Assembly: GCA_964567675.1 (NCBI GenBank)
Contig: CAZMNP010000137.1
Span: forward strand, 1-53,849
Length of the DNA stretch: 53,849 nucleotides
From: an uncultured Actinomycetes bacterium
GTDB lineage: Bacteria; Actinomycetota; UBA4738; HRBIN12
Direction: 5' to 3'
Shown piece by piece: positions 30,786-39,812 of the stretch (the stretch's first letter is position 1; every line of letters begins with the position of its first letter). The notes beneath the pieces were generated by a model that had not been told where the DNA came from, searched no databases, and saw only the letters and a program-made list of their open reading frames with translations. A program made the translations under genes and the position numbers.

Positions 30786-32119
30786 GTTCGCTCCTCCCGT
30801 GCGATCTGCAGCGCCGCGGCGGCGAAGCGGTCGCCCCGCTCCGCGTAATCGCGGAACATGTCCCAGCTGGCGCAGGCGGGCGCGAGCAGGACGGAGCCGC
30901 CCGCCGGCGCGAGCTCGAACGCGGTATGCGCCGCCTCCTCGATCGATCCCGCCTTCCGCGTCGGCACGCGACCCTGGAAGATCCCGACGACCTCGTCGGC
31001 GGATGCTCCGATCGCCACGACCCCGGCGAGCCGGTCCGCCAGCGCCCCGATCGGCGACAGATCCACGCCCTTGGCGTCCCCGCCGGCGATGAGCACGACG
31101 CCTCCTGCCACATCTGCGGCGGCGAGCGCCGCATGCGGGTTCGTGGCCTTGGAGTTGTCGACGAACCGCACGCCGCGGACCTCGGCCACGATCTCGCCCC
31201 GGTGACGCTCGGACGTGAACGCCGCCAGCCCGTCGCGGATCGCCTGCGACCCGATCCCGAACGCGTGGCTCGCCGCGGCCGCGGCGGCGGCGTCGGCCCG
31301 CATCGCCGGCGTGTCGACGGCACGGTCCCCGAGGAACTCGACGCCGCCCCATCGCGCCGCCAGCTCCGAACCCCGGTAGCCGGTCTCGCCGTCCTGCGGC
31401 TCATCGAGCGTGAACCAGGCGACGCGGCATCGCGCCGTCCGGGAGATCGCCGCCGCGCCGCCGTCGTCGCGATTGCCGATGTGCGTGTCGCCGTCGTCCT
31501 GCCGCGCGAACACCTTCGCCTTCGCCGCGGCATAGGCCTCGAACGAGCTGTGCCAGTCCAGGTGATCGGGCGCGAGGTTCAACAGCACGGACACGCGAGG
31601 GTGGAACGACTCCTGCATCTCGAGCTGGAACGACGAGCACTCGACGACGAGCGCCGCGCGGTCCTCGCGGGCCGCGACCGTGAACGGATGGCCGATGTTG
31701 CCGCAGGCGACCGCGTCCAGGCCGGCCGCCTGCAGCACCGAGGCGATCATGCCGGTGGTCGTGGTTTTGCCGTTCGTGCCGGTCACGGCGATGCACGGCG
31801 CGCTCACGAGGTGCGCTCCGAGCTCGAGCTCGCCCCATACGGGCAGCCCTCGGTCGCGCGCCCACGCAATCACCGGCGCGCTCGAGGGAACGCCGGGGCT
31901 GACGACGACGAGCGTCGCGCCGTCCAGGTGTCTCGGGTCGTGCCCGCCGCCGAGGACCTCGATGCCGAGCTCCCGAAGGTCGGCCGGCTCGCCCACGTCC
32001 GATCGCGCCTCGCTCACCCGGACGTCCGCCCCCTCCTCGGCGAGCACACGCGCCGCGGCGCGGCCGGCGACGCCGAGCCCGATGACGACCGCCCGCTCCC
32101 CGACGAACGCCCCGCTCAT
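30782..32119 (-). CDS. murD: UDP-N-acetylmuramoylalanine--D-glutamate ligase
   Basis: ATG 32119 forms an ATGA overlap with the mraY stop. VIGLGVAGRAAARVL and P-loop GTNGKTTTTGM. Confidence 0.93.
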   Translation of the reverse strand: MSGAFVGERAVVIGLGVAGRAAARVLAEEGADVRVSEARSDVGEPADLRELGIEVLGGGHDPRHLDGATLVVVSPGVPSSAPVIAWARDRGLPVWGELELGAHLVSAPCIAVTGTNGKTTTTGMIASVLQAAGLDAVACGNIGHPFTVAAREDRAALVVECSSFQLEMQESFHPRVSVLLNLAPDHLDWHSSFEAYAAAKAKVFARQDDGDTHIGNRDDGGAAAISRTARCRVAWFTLDEPQDGETGYRGSELAARWGGVEFLGDRAVDTPAMRADAAAAAAASHAFGIGSQAIRDGLAAFTSERHRGEIVAEVRGVRFVDNSKATNPHAALAAADVAGGVVLIAGGDAKGVDLSPIGALADRLAGVVAIGASADEVVGIFQGRVPTRKAGSIEEAAHTAFELAPAGGSVLLAPACASWDMFRDYAERGDRFAAAALQIAREERT

Positions 32120-33165
32120 CCCGTCCCTCCGCGCGCGACGAAGTCCGTGTAGAAGAGGCCGATCCCGACCGCGACGCACAGGCCGGAGACGATCCAGAAG
32201 CGCACGATGACGGTGAACTCGGGCCACCCGGCCAGCTCGAAGTGGTGATGGATCGGCGACATCCGGAACACCCGCCGCTTGAACACCCGGAACGCGAACA
32301 CCTGGACGATGACCGACGTGGTCTCGATCACGAATAGCCCCCCCAGGACAACGAGCAACAACTGTGTGCTCGTCACGATGGCGAGCGCGCCCATGAGGCC
32401 ACCGAGCGCCAGCGCGCCCGTGTCGCCCATGAAGATCTGGGCCGGGGCGGCGTTCCACCACAGGAATCCGGCAGCGGCACCGACCCCCGCCCCCGCGATG
32501 ATCGCGATGTCGAGCGCGGCGTTCACGTCGATCGGGTAGCAGGCCTCAGGTGGCCCGAGCGCACAGGTGTGGCGGAACTGCCAGAAGGCGATGAAGACGT
32601 AGGCCGACAGCACGAGGATCGAGGAGCCCGACGCCAGCCCGTCCAGGCCATCGGTCAGGTTCACCGCGTTCGAGGACGAAGCGAGGATCACGAACACCCA
32701 CACATAGAAGAAGACGCCCAGATCGAGCCCGGTCTGCCGGACGAAGGAAAGTCCGGTCGGCACGTCGGCGAACTGGACGACGACGATCCCGAAGACTACG
32801 GCGACCACTGCCTGGCCGATCATCTTCGCCGTCTTCGACAGCCCGAGCGAACGCCGGCGCCGCACCTTGATGTAGTCGTCGACGAACCCGAGGACGCCGA
32901 GCAACAGGGTCGCGATGAGCACGGCCATCCCCGCCCCGGTCACGGTCTGGAACACGATGCGCGTCGCCACATAGCCGGCGACGATCCCGAGCAGCATGAC
33001 CGTGCCGCCCATCGTCGGCGTGCCCATCTTCTCCAGGTGGGTGTGAGGACCGTCCTCGCGGATCCGTTGTCCCCACCCCCAGACGCGGAACAGGCGGATC
33101 GCGATCGGGGTTCCGAGCAACGTCACGATCATCCCGACGCCGGCGGCGAGGAGGATCTGCCTCAT
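32116..33165 (-). CDS. mraY: phospho-N-acetylmuramoyl-pentapeptide transferase
   Basis: ATG 33165 forms an ATGA overlap with the murF stop. KMGTPTMGG, NAVNLTDGLDGLA, and HHHFE motifs. Confidence 0.95.
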   Translation of the reverse strand: MRQILLAAGVGMIVTLLGTPIAIRLFRVWGWGQRIREDGPHTHLEKMGTPTMGGTVMLLGIVAGYVATRIVFQTVTGAGMAVLIATLLLGVLGFVDDYIKVRRRRSLGLSKTAKMIGQAVVAVVFGIVVVQFADVPTGLSFVRQTGLDLGVFFYVWVFVILASSSNAVNLTDGLDGLASGSSILVLSAYVFIAFWQFRHTCALGPPEACYPIDVNAALDIAIIAGAGVGAAAGFLWWNAAPAQIFMGDTGALALGGLMGALAIVTSTQLLLVVLGGLFVIETTSVIVQVFAFRVFKRRVFRMSPIHHHFELAGWPEFTVIVRFWIVSGLCVAVGIGLFYTDFVARGGTG

Positions 33166-34523
33166 CGGAAGGCCTCCGCCGCGCGCTCGAGCCCCACCAC
33201 GCGCGATCCCTTGAGAAGGACCACGTCGCCCGAGCGTGCCCAGGCCCGTGCATCGTTCGCCGCCTCGGCCGGCTCGTCGTAACTCGCGACGTCCTGCGGC
33301 AGCTGTCCTTCGCGGATCGCCGCCCGTGCGATCGCGCGGGCCGGCTCGCCGACCGTGATCAGCCGGTCGACCCCGATCCGAACGACGAGCTCGCCGAGCC
33401 GCTCGTGTTCCTCGAACGCGATCGAGCCGAGCTCCGCCATGTGCCCGAGCACCGCCACGAGCCGCCCCCGCCGCGCCATCCAACGCGAGGTCTTCAGGGC
33501 GGCCGACATCGACTCCGGGTTCGCGTTGTACGCGTCGTTCACCACGATGACGCCGTCGGTCGTCGTGTACGTCTCCATCCGCCAGGCCGCGATCCGCGCT
33601 CCCTTCAGCGCGGCCGCACACTCGGCGGAGGTGACGCCGAACTCGAGCCCACTCGCCGCCGCCGCGAGCGCGTTCGGCACCATGTGCTCCCCCGCGACGG
33701 CGAGCTCGACGCGTTCGCGCTCGCCGCCGGCCTCCAGCGTGAAACTCGCTCGCCCGTCTTCGTCGAGCGTGACGTCGAGCGCCCGGACGTCCGCCGGTAC
33801 ATCGACGCCGAAGGTCACGACGCGCGCGCGAGCCTGCTCACCGTACGCGCGAACCACCGGGTCGTCCGCGTTCACGATTGCGACGCCGTCCGCACCCAGC
33901 CACTGGACCGGCTCGGCACCAGCTCTCGCGATGGCGTCCCAGGAACCGAAGATCTCCATGTGCGCCACGCCGGCGTTCGTCACGACGACGACGTCGGGGC
34001 GCGCGACCTCGCACAGGAGTGCGACGTCCCCTTCTCGCCGCGCACCCATCTCGGCGACCACGACCTCGGTCCCGGGCTCCGCCTGAAGGAGCGTCATCGG
34101 CAGGCCGACCTCGTTGTTGAACGAGCTCGGGCTGGCGTGCGTTCGGAAGCGCGTCGAGAGCACCGCCGCGGCGAAGTCCTTCGTCGAGGTCTTCCCGTTC
34201 GCGCCCGTCACGCCGATCAGCCGCGTCTCCGGCGTCCGGCGCCGTTCGTCGGCAGCGAGGTCGAGGAGAGCCCGGCCCGTGTCGGCGACCTCGATCACCG
34301 TGCCGCCGGACTCGGCAGTCTGCACGACTGCAGCGGACGCGCCGCGCGCCAGGGCATCGCTCACGAAGTCGTGGCCGTCCGAGTGAGGTCCCCGGAGCGC
34401 GACGAACAGCGCTCCGGGTTCGACCCGGCGACTGTCGGTCTGCACGACGCTCACCGTCGCGTCGATCCCTCGGAGGCGGCCGCCCACCGCCTCGGCGACC
34501 TCGGAAAGGAGACGCGGGATCAC
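33162..34523 (-). CDS. murF: UDP-MurNAc-tripeptide--D-alanyl-D-alanine ligase
   Basis: GTG 34523 forms a GTGA overlap with the murE stop. P-loop GANGKTSTKD and DAYNANPESM. Confidence 0.92.
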   Translation of the reverse strand: MIPRLLSEVAEAVGGRLRGIDATVSVVQTDSRRVEPGALFVALRGPHSDGHDFVSDALARGASAAVVQTAESGGTVIEVADTGRALLDLAADERRRTPETRLIGVTGANGKTSTKDFAAAVLSTRFRTHASPSSFNNEVGLPMTLLQAEPGTEVVVAEMGARREGDVALLCEVARPDVVVVTNAGVAHMEIFGSWDAIARAGAEPVQWLGADGVAIVNADDPVVRAYGEQARARVVTFGVDVPADVRALDVTLDEDGRASFTLEAGGERERVELAVAGEHMVPNALAAAASGLEFGVTSAECAAALKGARIAAWRMETYTTTDGVIVVNDAYNANPESMSAALKTSRWMARRGRLVAVLGHMAELGSIAFEEHERLGELVVRIGVDRLITVGEPARAIARAAIREGQLPQDVASYDEPAEAANDARAWARSGDVVLLKGSRVVGLERAAEAFR

Positions 34524-36034
34524 GTCCCCGCCTCCTGGAGTGCGCGCAACTCTTCCGCGGCGACCGCGCGATCGTCGAACGGGATCGTCCGGTCGGCGAA
34601 CTCCTGGTAGGGCTCGTGTCCCTTCCCGGCGATCACGATCACGTCGGCCGGTCCCGCCTCGGCGATCGCCAGCCGGATCGCGGATCTGCGGTCCGGCTCG
34701 ACCACGTAGGCGCCGCCCCCGGCCCTCGCGCCGGGCTCGATCTCGGCGATGATCGCGGCGGGATCCTCGCTGCGCGGATTGTCGCTCGTGATCACGGCAA
34801 GGTCGGCGTTCGACGTCGCCGCGCGACCCATCAGCGGACGCTTCGCGCGGTCGCGGTCGCCGCCGCAGCCCAGGACGACGATGAGCCTTCCGGCCGAGAG
34901 CCGGCGCGCGGCCCGAAGGACGTTCTCGACGCTGTCGGGCGTGTGGGCGTAGTCCACGAGCACGAGGAACCCCTGACCCAACTCCACCGCTTCCACGCGG
35001 CCGGGAACCCCCTCGACGGATCCGATCGCATCGGCCGCGACGTCCTCCGCGATCCCGAGGACTCGAGCGGTGGCGAACGCGGCCAGACAGTTCTCGACGT
35101 TGAACAGCCCGCGGAGCGACGAGTGCACCCGGACGCCGTCGACCCGGAAGTCGATCCCCCGGGCCGTCGCCTCGACGTCGTTCGCCTGCACGTCGGCCCC
35201 AGGCTCGATCCCATACGTGATCGTCGGGATCCGCCCGATGAGCTGGCGGCCTTCCGCGCTGTCCCGGTTCACGACGGCCCGGTCGCTCACCTCGGGCGTG
35301 AACAAGCGCGCCTTCGCCTCGAAGTACGCCTCCATCGACGGGTGGTAGTCGAGGTGGTCCTGAGACAGGTTGGTGAACACCGCGATGGGGAAGCGGACGC
35401 CACCGACGCGGTGCTGATGCAGGCCGTGGGAGGACACCTCCATCGCCGCCGCCTCGACGCCCTGGTCCGCCATCTCGGCCAGCAAACGGTGAAGGTCCGG
35501 GGCCTCCGGCGTCGTCCGCGGGAACGGAGCGGGACGTCCGTCGATCCGAACACCCGTCGTCCCGATCACCCCCGGCGTCCACCCCGCCGCACGGAAGACC
35601 GACTCCAGGAGGTACGTCGTCGTCGTCTTGCCGTTCGTTCCGGTGATGGCGACGACCGTCATGCGATCCGCGGGACGCCCGTAGAACTCCGCGGACATCG
35701 GTCCCATGGCCGTCCGGACCGACGGGACGAGCACCTGGGTGGCTGCGGACGCGAGCTCACGCTCGACGACCAGCGCCACAGCCCCGCGCCCGACCGCATC
35801 CCCGGCGAAATCGTGTCCGTCCACGTGATCGCCGGGAACGCAGAAGAACAGCGAACCCGGGGCCGCCTCGTCCGACCGGTAGCAAAGCGCCTCGACACGC
35901 GTCGCTGCGTCCCCGCGGACCTCGTGGTTCGGGAGGTCCGAGAGCAGGTCGGACAGAGGCCGCGCGGAGGGGAAAGAGGCCACGGACGATGAGCGTACCG
36001 TCTGGTCAGCGCCCGCCGAAGCCGGTGCGGTCAT
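34520..36034 (-). CDS. murE: UDP-MurNAc-L-Ala-D-Glu--2,6-diaminopimelate ligase
   Basis: ATG 36034 forms an ATGA overlap with the ftsI stop. P-loop GTNGKTTTTYL. The DNPR motif (ITSDNPRSEDP) suggests meso-DAP specificity. Confidence 0.93.
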   Translation of the reverse strand: MTAPASAGADQTVRSSSVASFPSARPLSDLLSDLPNHEVRGDAATRVEALCYRSDEAAPGSLFFCVPGDHVDGHDFAGDAVGRGAVALVVERELASAATQVLVPSVRTAMGPMSAEFYGRPADRMTVVAITGTNGKTTTTYLLESVFRAAGWTPGVIGTTGVRIDGRPAPFPRTTPEAPDLHRLLAEMADQGVEAAAMEVSSHGLHQHRVGGVRFPIAVFTNLSQDHLDYHPSMEAYFEAKARLFTPEVSDRAVVNRDSAEGRQLIGRIPTITYGIEPGADVQANDVEATARGIDFRVDGVRVHSSLRGLFNVENCLAAFATARVLGIAEDVAADAIGSVEGVPGRVEAVELGQGFLVLVDYAHTPDSVENVLRAARRLSAGRLIVVLGCGGDRDRAKRPLMGRAATSNADLAVITSDNPRSEDPAAIIAEIEPGARAGGGAYVVEPDRRSAIRLAIAEAGPADVIVIAGKGHEPYQEFADRTIPFDDRAVAAEELRALQEAGT

Positions 36035-37746
36035 CGGCTGGGCAGGGCGTGCGGGGGCGGGGGAAGCGGGCTGGCCGGCTCGATCCTCAGTTGCGCGATC
36101 GCCGCGCGCGCGATGCGCTGGAACAGCGGGGCCGCTGCGAGGCCTCCGTACCCTTCCGCGGGCCGGTCCAAGATCGCCGCCACGACGACCTGCGGGTCTC
36201 CCGCGGGCAGGTAGCCGATGAACGAAGCGATGTACTGCCCGACCTCGTAGCCGGCCCGGTCCTTGAGCGGGATGCGCGAGGTTCCGGTCTTCCCGGCCAC
36301 CTGGTACCCCTCGATGCGCGCGTTCGTTCCGGTGCCGTGCTCGACGGCGAACGCGAGCATGCCCCCCACCGTCCGTGCGGTCTCCTCCGAGACGACGCGA
36401 CGCGTCGGAGAGGGCGGTGCATCGTGCCGAACGCCGCCGGCATCGATCGTCGCGCGCAGGAGCCGGGGTTGGACCCAACGCCCGTCGTTCGCGATCGTCG
36501 CGAACACCGAGGCCATCTGGAGCGGCGTCGCGGCGATGCCCTGCCCGTACGCCGTGGTCGCCAGGATGACCTCGTCCCACCGGTAGAAGGGGACGGTGAT
36601 CCCGCTCGCCTCGCCGGGGAATCCCACGCCGGTCTCGGCGCCAAGGCCGAACCGGGCCAGATACGTCGCCATGTCGGACGCGCCGACGCGGTTCGCCACG
36701 TGGACGGCGCCGATGTTGCTCGATTCGGCGATGATGTCGCCGAGCATCATCCGCTGCACGCCGTGCGGGTGCGAGTCGTGGATCGTGAACTCCCCCACCT
36801 TCATCGTCCACGCGACGGGCAGGCGCTGATCGAGCGCCAACACGCCCTCCTGCACCGCCGCCGCAGCGGTGATCACCTTGTTCGTCGAGCCCGGCTCGAA
36901 CATGTCGGTGACGGCCCGGTTCCGGTACATGCTCGGCAGCGCGTCGCCGAAAGCGTTCGGGTCGAACCAGGGGTAGCTGGCCATCGCGAGGATGTCCCCG
37001 GTCCTCGGATCCATCACGATCACGGTTCCCCCGCGGGCTCCCTGGTTCTCGACCGCCTCCTCGAGCGCCGCCTGGGCTTGGAACTGCAGTTCCCGGTCGA
37101 TCGTCGTCACGACCGTTGCCCCGGCGACCGGCGTTCGCTCCAAGTGCACCCCCCCGGCGATCGGCTTGCCCGTCGGGTCGAGCTCCTGCATCCGCTCCCC
37201 CGGCGTGCCGGCCAGCAGGTCCTGATACTCGAACTCGAGGCCCGCGAGCCCGTCGCCGTCGACGCCCACGAACCCGACCACTTGCGAGGCGACCGATCCC
37301 GACGGGTAGAAGCGCTTGGTCGCTTCGAGGAAACCGATGCCCGGGAGTCCCAGCTCGTCGATCTGCTCCGCCGCCTCGACCTCCACCTGTCGCGCCAGGT
37401 AGACGAAGGTGGCATCGGTGGTCAGCTTCGATGCGAGGGACCCGGCCGTCTCGCCGATCAGCGGAGAGAGCCGGATCGCCGTGGTCCACGCATCCTCGAC
37501 GTTCCGAGGATCCGCGTACACGTCGACCGCCGGCACCGAAAGCGCGAGCCGCCCGCCCGAACGATCTTGGATCTCACCTCGCTGCGCCGGCAGCACGATC
37601 GTCTGGAGGCGCTGGTCCGTCGCCCGAGCGCGAAGGTCGCTCGCCTGGCTCACCTGCAGGACCGCGAGCCGGAAGAAGATCGCGCCGAGGGCGAGCGACA
37701 TCGCGACGAGCAACGCGAGCAGCCGTCCGATCGGCGGCCGTTTCAC
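36031..37746 (-). CDS. ftsI: class B penicillin-binding protein / septal transpeptidase FtsI
   Basis: GTG 37746 forms a GTGA overlap with the ftsL stop. N-terminal TM. Transpeptidase motifs STNK, SSN and KTGT. The track start at 37860 would overlap ftsL by 118 nt. Confidence 0.9.
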   Translation of the reverse strand: MKRPPIGRLLALLVAMSLALGAIFFRLAVLQVSQASDLRARATDQRLQTIVLPAQRGEIQDRSGGRLALSVPAVDVYADPRNVEDAWTTAIRLSPLIGETAGSLASKLTTDATFVYLARQVEVEAAEQIDELGLPGIGFLEATKRFYPSGSVASQVVGFVGVDGDGLAGLEFEYQDLLAGTPGERMQELDPTGKPIAGGVHLERTPVAGATVVTTIDRELQFQAQAALEEAVENQGARGGTVIVMDPRTGDILAMASYPWFDPNAFGDALPSMYRNRAVTDMFEPGSTNKVITAAAAVQEGVLALDQRLPVAWTMKVGEFTIHDSHPHGVQRMMLGDIIAESSNIGAVHVANRVGASDMATYLARFGLGAETGVGFPGEASGITVPFYRWDEVILATTAYGQGIAATPLQMASVFATIANDGRWVQPRLLRATIDAGGVRHDAPPSPTRRVVSEETARTVGGMLAFAVEHGTGTNARIEGYQVAGKTGTSRIPLKDRAGYEVGQYIASFIGYLPAGDPQVVVAAILDRPAEGYGGLAAAPLFQRIARAAIAQLRIEPASPLPPPPHALPSR

Positions 37747-38240
37747 CCTCCGATCCCGCTCGCCCTCGAGGTATCCGTCCCGGCCGGATCCGACGGGCCG
37801 TTCGGCGCGCGGAGGATCCGGATGTCGTCGGGGAGACGCATGCCGTGCCGGCTGGCCCATCCGGCGATCCGGCCGGGAGCGGACAGGGTGGCCTGCTCGC
37901 GAACCAAACCGAGACGCTCTCGGCCGAGCGCATCGATCCGCCGTTCCGACTCTTCGAGGAGGAACGATTGCTGCGCGAGCAGGACGTTCAGGACGACGAT
38001 GCCGAGGACCATCAGGCCCACCAGCACCGACGACGTCACCGCGAAGCCCATGTGGTGCTTCTTCCGACGCCTCGGCGGGGTGGCCGGGCGGGCCTGACTG
38101 CGCAGGGCGCGTTTCGCTCCATCTCCTCGCTGCGCTCGTCGATGAGGCCCTGCTCCCCCAGACCCGCCCGGCCTTCCCGATCCAGGCGAAGACCGCCTCG
38201 AGGGCTGCTTCGGGGGAAGCTTTCGGGCTGGGGAGCTCAT
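37743..38240 (-). CDS. ftsL: FtsL-like septum formation initiator (Pro/Arg-rich N-terminus, one TM, coiled coil)
   Basis: ATG 38240 forms an ATGA overlap with the rsmH stop. TM segment FAVTSSVLVGLMVLGIVVLNVLLA is followed by a leucine-rich helix. It occupies the conserved slot between rsmH and ftsI. Confidence 0.7.
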   Translation of the reverse strand: MSSPARKLPPKQPSRRSSPGSGRPGGSGGAGPHRRAQRGDGAKRALRSQARPATPPRRRKKHHMGFAVTSSVLVGLMVLGIVVLNVLLAQQSFLLEESERRIDALGRERLGLVREQATLSAPGRIAGWASRHGMRLPDDIRILRAPNGPSDPAGTDTSRASGIGG

Positions 38241-39100
38241 GCTGCGTCCTTGTTGGAGACCTTTTCGGCGACGCGGAGCTTGGCGGCGCGAGAGCGGGGG
38301 TTGCGTTGCTGCTCGGACTTGGAGGGGCGGAGCGGTTTCTTCGTGAGGACGTCGAGGTCTTCCCGATCGTTCAGGAAGCGTTTGACGATCCGGTCCTCGA
38401 GAGAGTGGTAGCTGATCGTGAGGACGCGGCCACCGGGAGCGAGGATGTCCGCCGCCCGAGGCAGGGAGACGGCGAGCTCCTCGAGCTCCCGGTTGACCGC
38501 GATGCGGAGCGCCTGGAAGGTCCGGCGCGCGGGGTGGGGGCCGCCCCGCCGCGCCCCCAGGGCGCCCGCGACCACGCGGGCGAGCTCGTCCGTCGTCGCG
38601 ATCGGCGCGCGAGCCCGGGCGCGGACGATCGCCGCCGCGACGCGCCGGGATCCGCGCTCCTCGCCGAGCTCGTAGATCAGGTTCGCGAGCTCCTGCTCCG
38701 GGAGCGCGTTCACGAGGTCCATCGCGCTCTCGCCGCCGGGACCCATCCGCATGTCGAGCGGACCGTCGGCACGGTAGGAGAAGCCGCGCTCGGCACGATC
38801 GAGTTGCATCGAGCTGACGCCGAGGTCGTACAGGACGCCATCGACCCGGTTCTCCGCGGGCACCTCCGAGAACCGGGTCGAGACGGCGGTGAAGCGCTCG
38901 CCGAAGCGCGCCAGCCGCGCGGTGGCAAGCTCGATAGCCTCGGGGTCGCGATCCACGCCGATCAGCCGTTGCACGCCGGAATCCAGGAGCGCCTCAGCGT
39001 GCCCTCCCGCGCCGAGCGTCAGGTCGATCACGGCTCCCCTGCCCCCGAGGAACCGCAGGACCTCCTCCACCATGACCGGCTCGTGTCCGGCCGTCGCCAA
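38237..39100 (-). CDS. rsmH: 16S rRNA (cytosine1402-N4)-methyltransferase
   Basis: GHEPVMVEEVLRFL and SAM motif DLTLGAGGHAE, plus ISYHSLEDR. TTG start at 39100 is preceded by GAGGGG at 6 nt. Confidence 0.93.
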   Translation of the reverse strand: MATAGHEPVMVEEVLRFLGGRGAVIDLTLGAGGHAEALLDSGVQRLIGVDRDPEAIELATARLARFGERFTAVSTRFSEVPAENRVDGVLYDLGVSSMQLDRAERGFSYRADGPLDMRMGPGGESAMDLVNALPEQELANLIYELGEERGSRRVAAAIVRARARAPIATTDELARVVAGALGARRGGPHPARRTFQALRIAVNRELEELAVSLPRAADILAPGGRVLTISYHSLEDRIVKRFLNDREDLDVLTKKPLRPSKSEQQRNPRSRAAKLRVAEKVSNKDAA

Positions 39101-39110
39101 CGCCTGCCCC

Positions 39111-39230
39111 TCATCCGAACAGCCGGGCGGCGAGCAGCCCGAGACCCAGGAAGACCCCCATCGAGCCGGCGGTCATCACGATCAACGAGAGGCTCTGGCG
39201 AAGCTCTCGGTCGAGCGATCCCTTGTTCAT
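39111..39230 (-). CDS. candidate 39-aa single-TM small protein between mraZ and rsmH
   Basis: MNKGSLDRELRQSLSLIVMTAGSMGVFLGLGLLAARLFG. ATG 39230 forms an ATGA overlap with the mraZ stop and follows GGGGGGAG. Third codon positions are mostly G/C, as in neighbouring genes. Its stop overlaps the rsmH SD. The track shows only an over-extended 134-aa version. Confidence 0.5.
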   Translation of the reverse strand: MNKGSLDRELRQSLSLIVMTAGSMGVFLGLGLLAARLFG

Positions 39231-39661
39231 GCGCTCCCCCCCGGTGCAAGCGTTCCCGACTGGTAGGCGCCGCCGTGGCCGGACTCGTAGCGCTCGTGCG
39301 TCCCGCGATCCCAGATCTCCATCCGGTCGAAGACGCCCAGCACGACGGCCTCCTTGCGGATCCCGACCTCGTTGCGAAGGCGCTGCGGGACCAGCAGCCG
39401 CCCCTGCCCATCGAGCTCCACCGACTCCGCCTTTCCGAAGAACAACCGCGCGTAGGCGCGGCTCTCGGCGTGGGAGAGGGGGAGGCTGCGCACTTCGGCC
39501 GCCCGGGCCTCCCACTCGGCCCTGGGGAAGCAGAAGAGGCAGCCGTCCTGGCCCAGCGTCAGCACGGCTCCGTCGGCGAACGCCTCACGGAACCGACTGG
39601 GCAGGCTGATCCGCCCCTTCGGGTCGAGTTGGTAGCTGTGCGTGCCGAGCAGCTCGGCCAC
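39227..39661 (-). CDS. mraZ: transcriptional regulator MraZ
   Basis: GTG 39661 is preceded by GGGGAGG at 4 nt. Two SpoVT/AbrB-like repeats (LDPKGRISLPSRFR and LDGQGRLLVPQRLR). Length 144 aa. The track ORF (to 39913) is over-extended. Confidence 0.92.
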   Translation of the reverse strand: MAELLGTHSYQLDPKGRISLPSRFREAFADGAVLTLGQDGCLFCFPRAEWEARAAEVRSLPLSHAESRAYARLFFGKAESVELDGQGRLLVPQRLRNEVGIRKEAVVLGVFDRMEIWDRGTHERYESGHGGAYQSGTLAPGGSA

Positions 39662-39677
39662 GCGTCCTCCCCTTCTC

Positions 39678-39715
39678 CTCCACTGCGCTCCACTGTTATG
39701 CCACCTGCACTCCAC
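39678..39715 (-). promoter_or_regulatory. four direct GTGG(A/C)(G/A) repeats at 10-11-nt spacing: candidate MraZ operator in the dcw promoter/leader
   Basis: Minus strand reads GTGGAG-tgcag-GTGGCA-taaca-GTGGAG-cgca-GTGGAG, ending 16 nt before the mraZ start. The CCAC cores on the plus strand end at 39683, 39693, 39704 and 39715. Confidence 0.6.
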
Positions 39716-39812
39716 CGCGTCAAGCGCCAGCGTGCGGAAAAGGCCGTGCGGAAGGAGGGATGACTGCGGTCGGTTGACGCGAACGCAGCGATGGCTGCGC
39801 GCGATCAGCCGA

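Noticed and set aside
28453-31533. Track ORFs with long 5' extensions (for example 28453-31533, 27032-29314, 33162-35582, 34520-37489, 2158-3621, 8232-10085)
   Set aside because: Each extension overlaps the upstream conserved gene out of frame and is Arg/Pro/Gly-rich. In every case a GTG or ATG forming a 4-nt overlap with the upstream stop yields a protein with the expected family N-terminus and length.
39111-39515. 134-aa version of the ORF between mraZ and rsmH
   Set aside because: Its first 95 codons overlap mraZ out of frame and are Arg/Gly/Pro-rich. Only the last 39 codons, from the ATGA-coupled ATG at 39230, look like a real coding unit.
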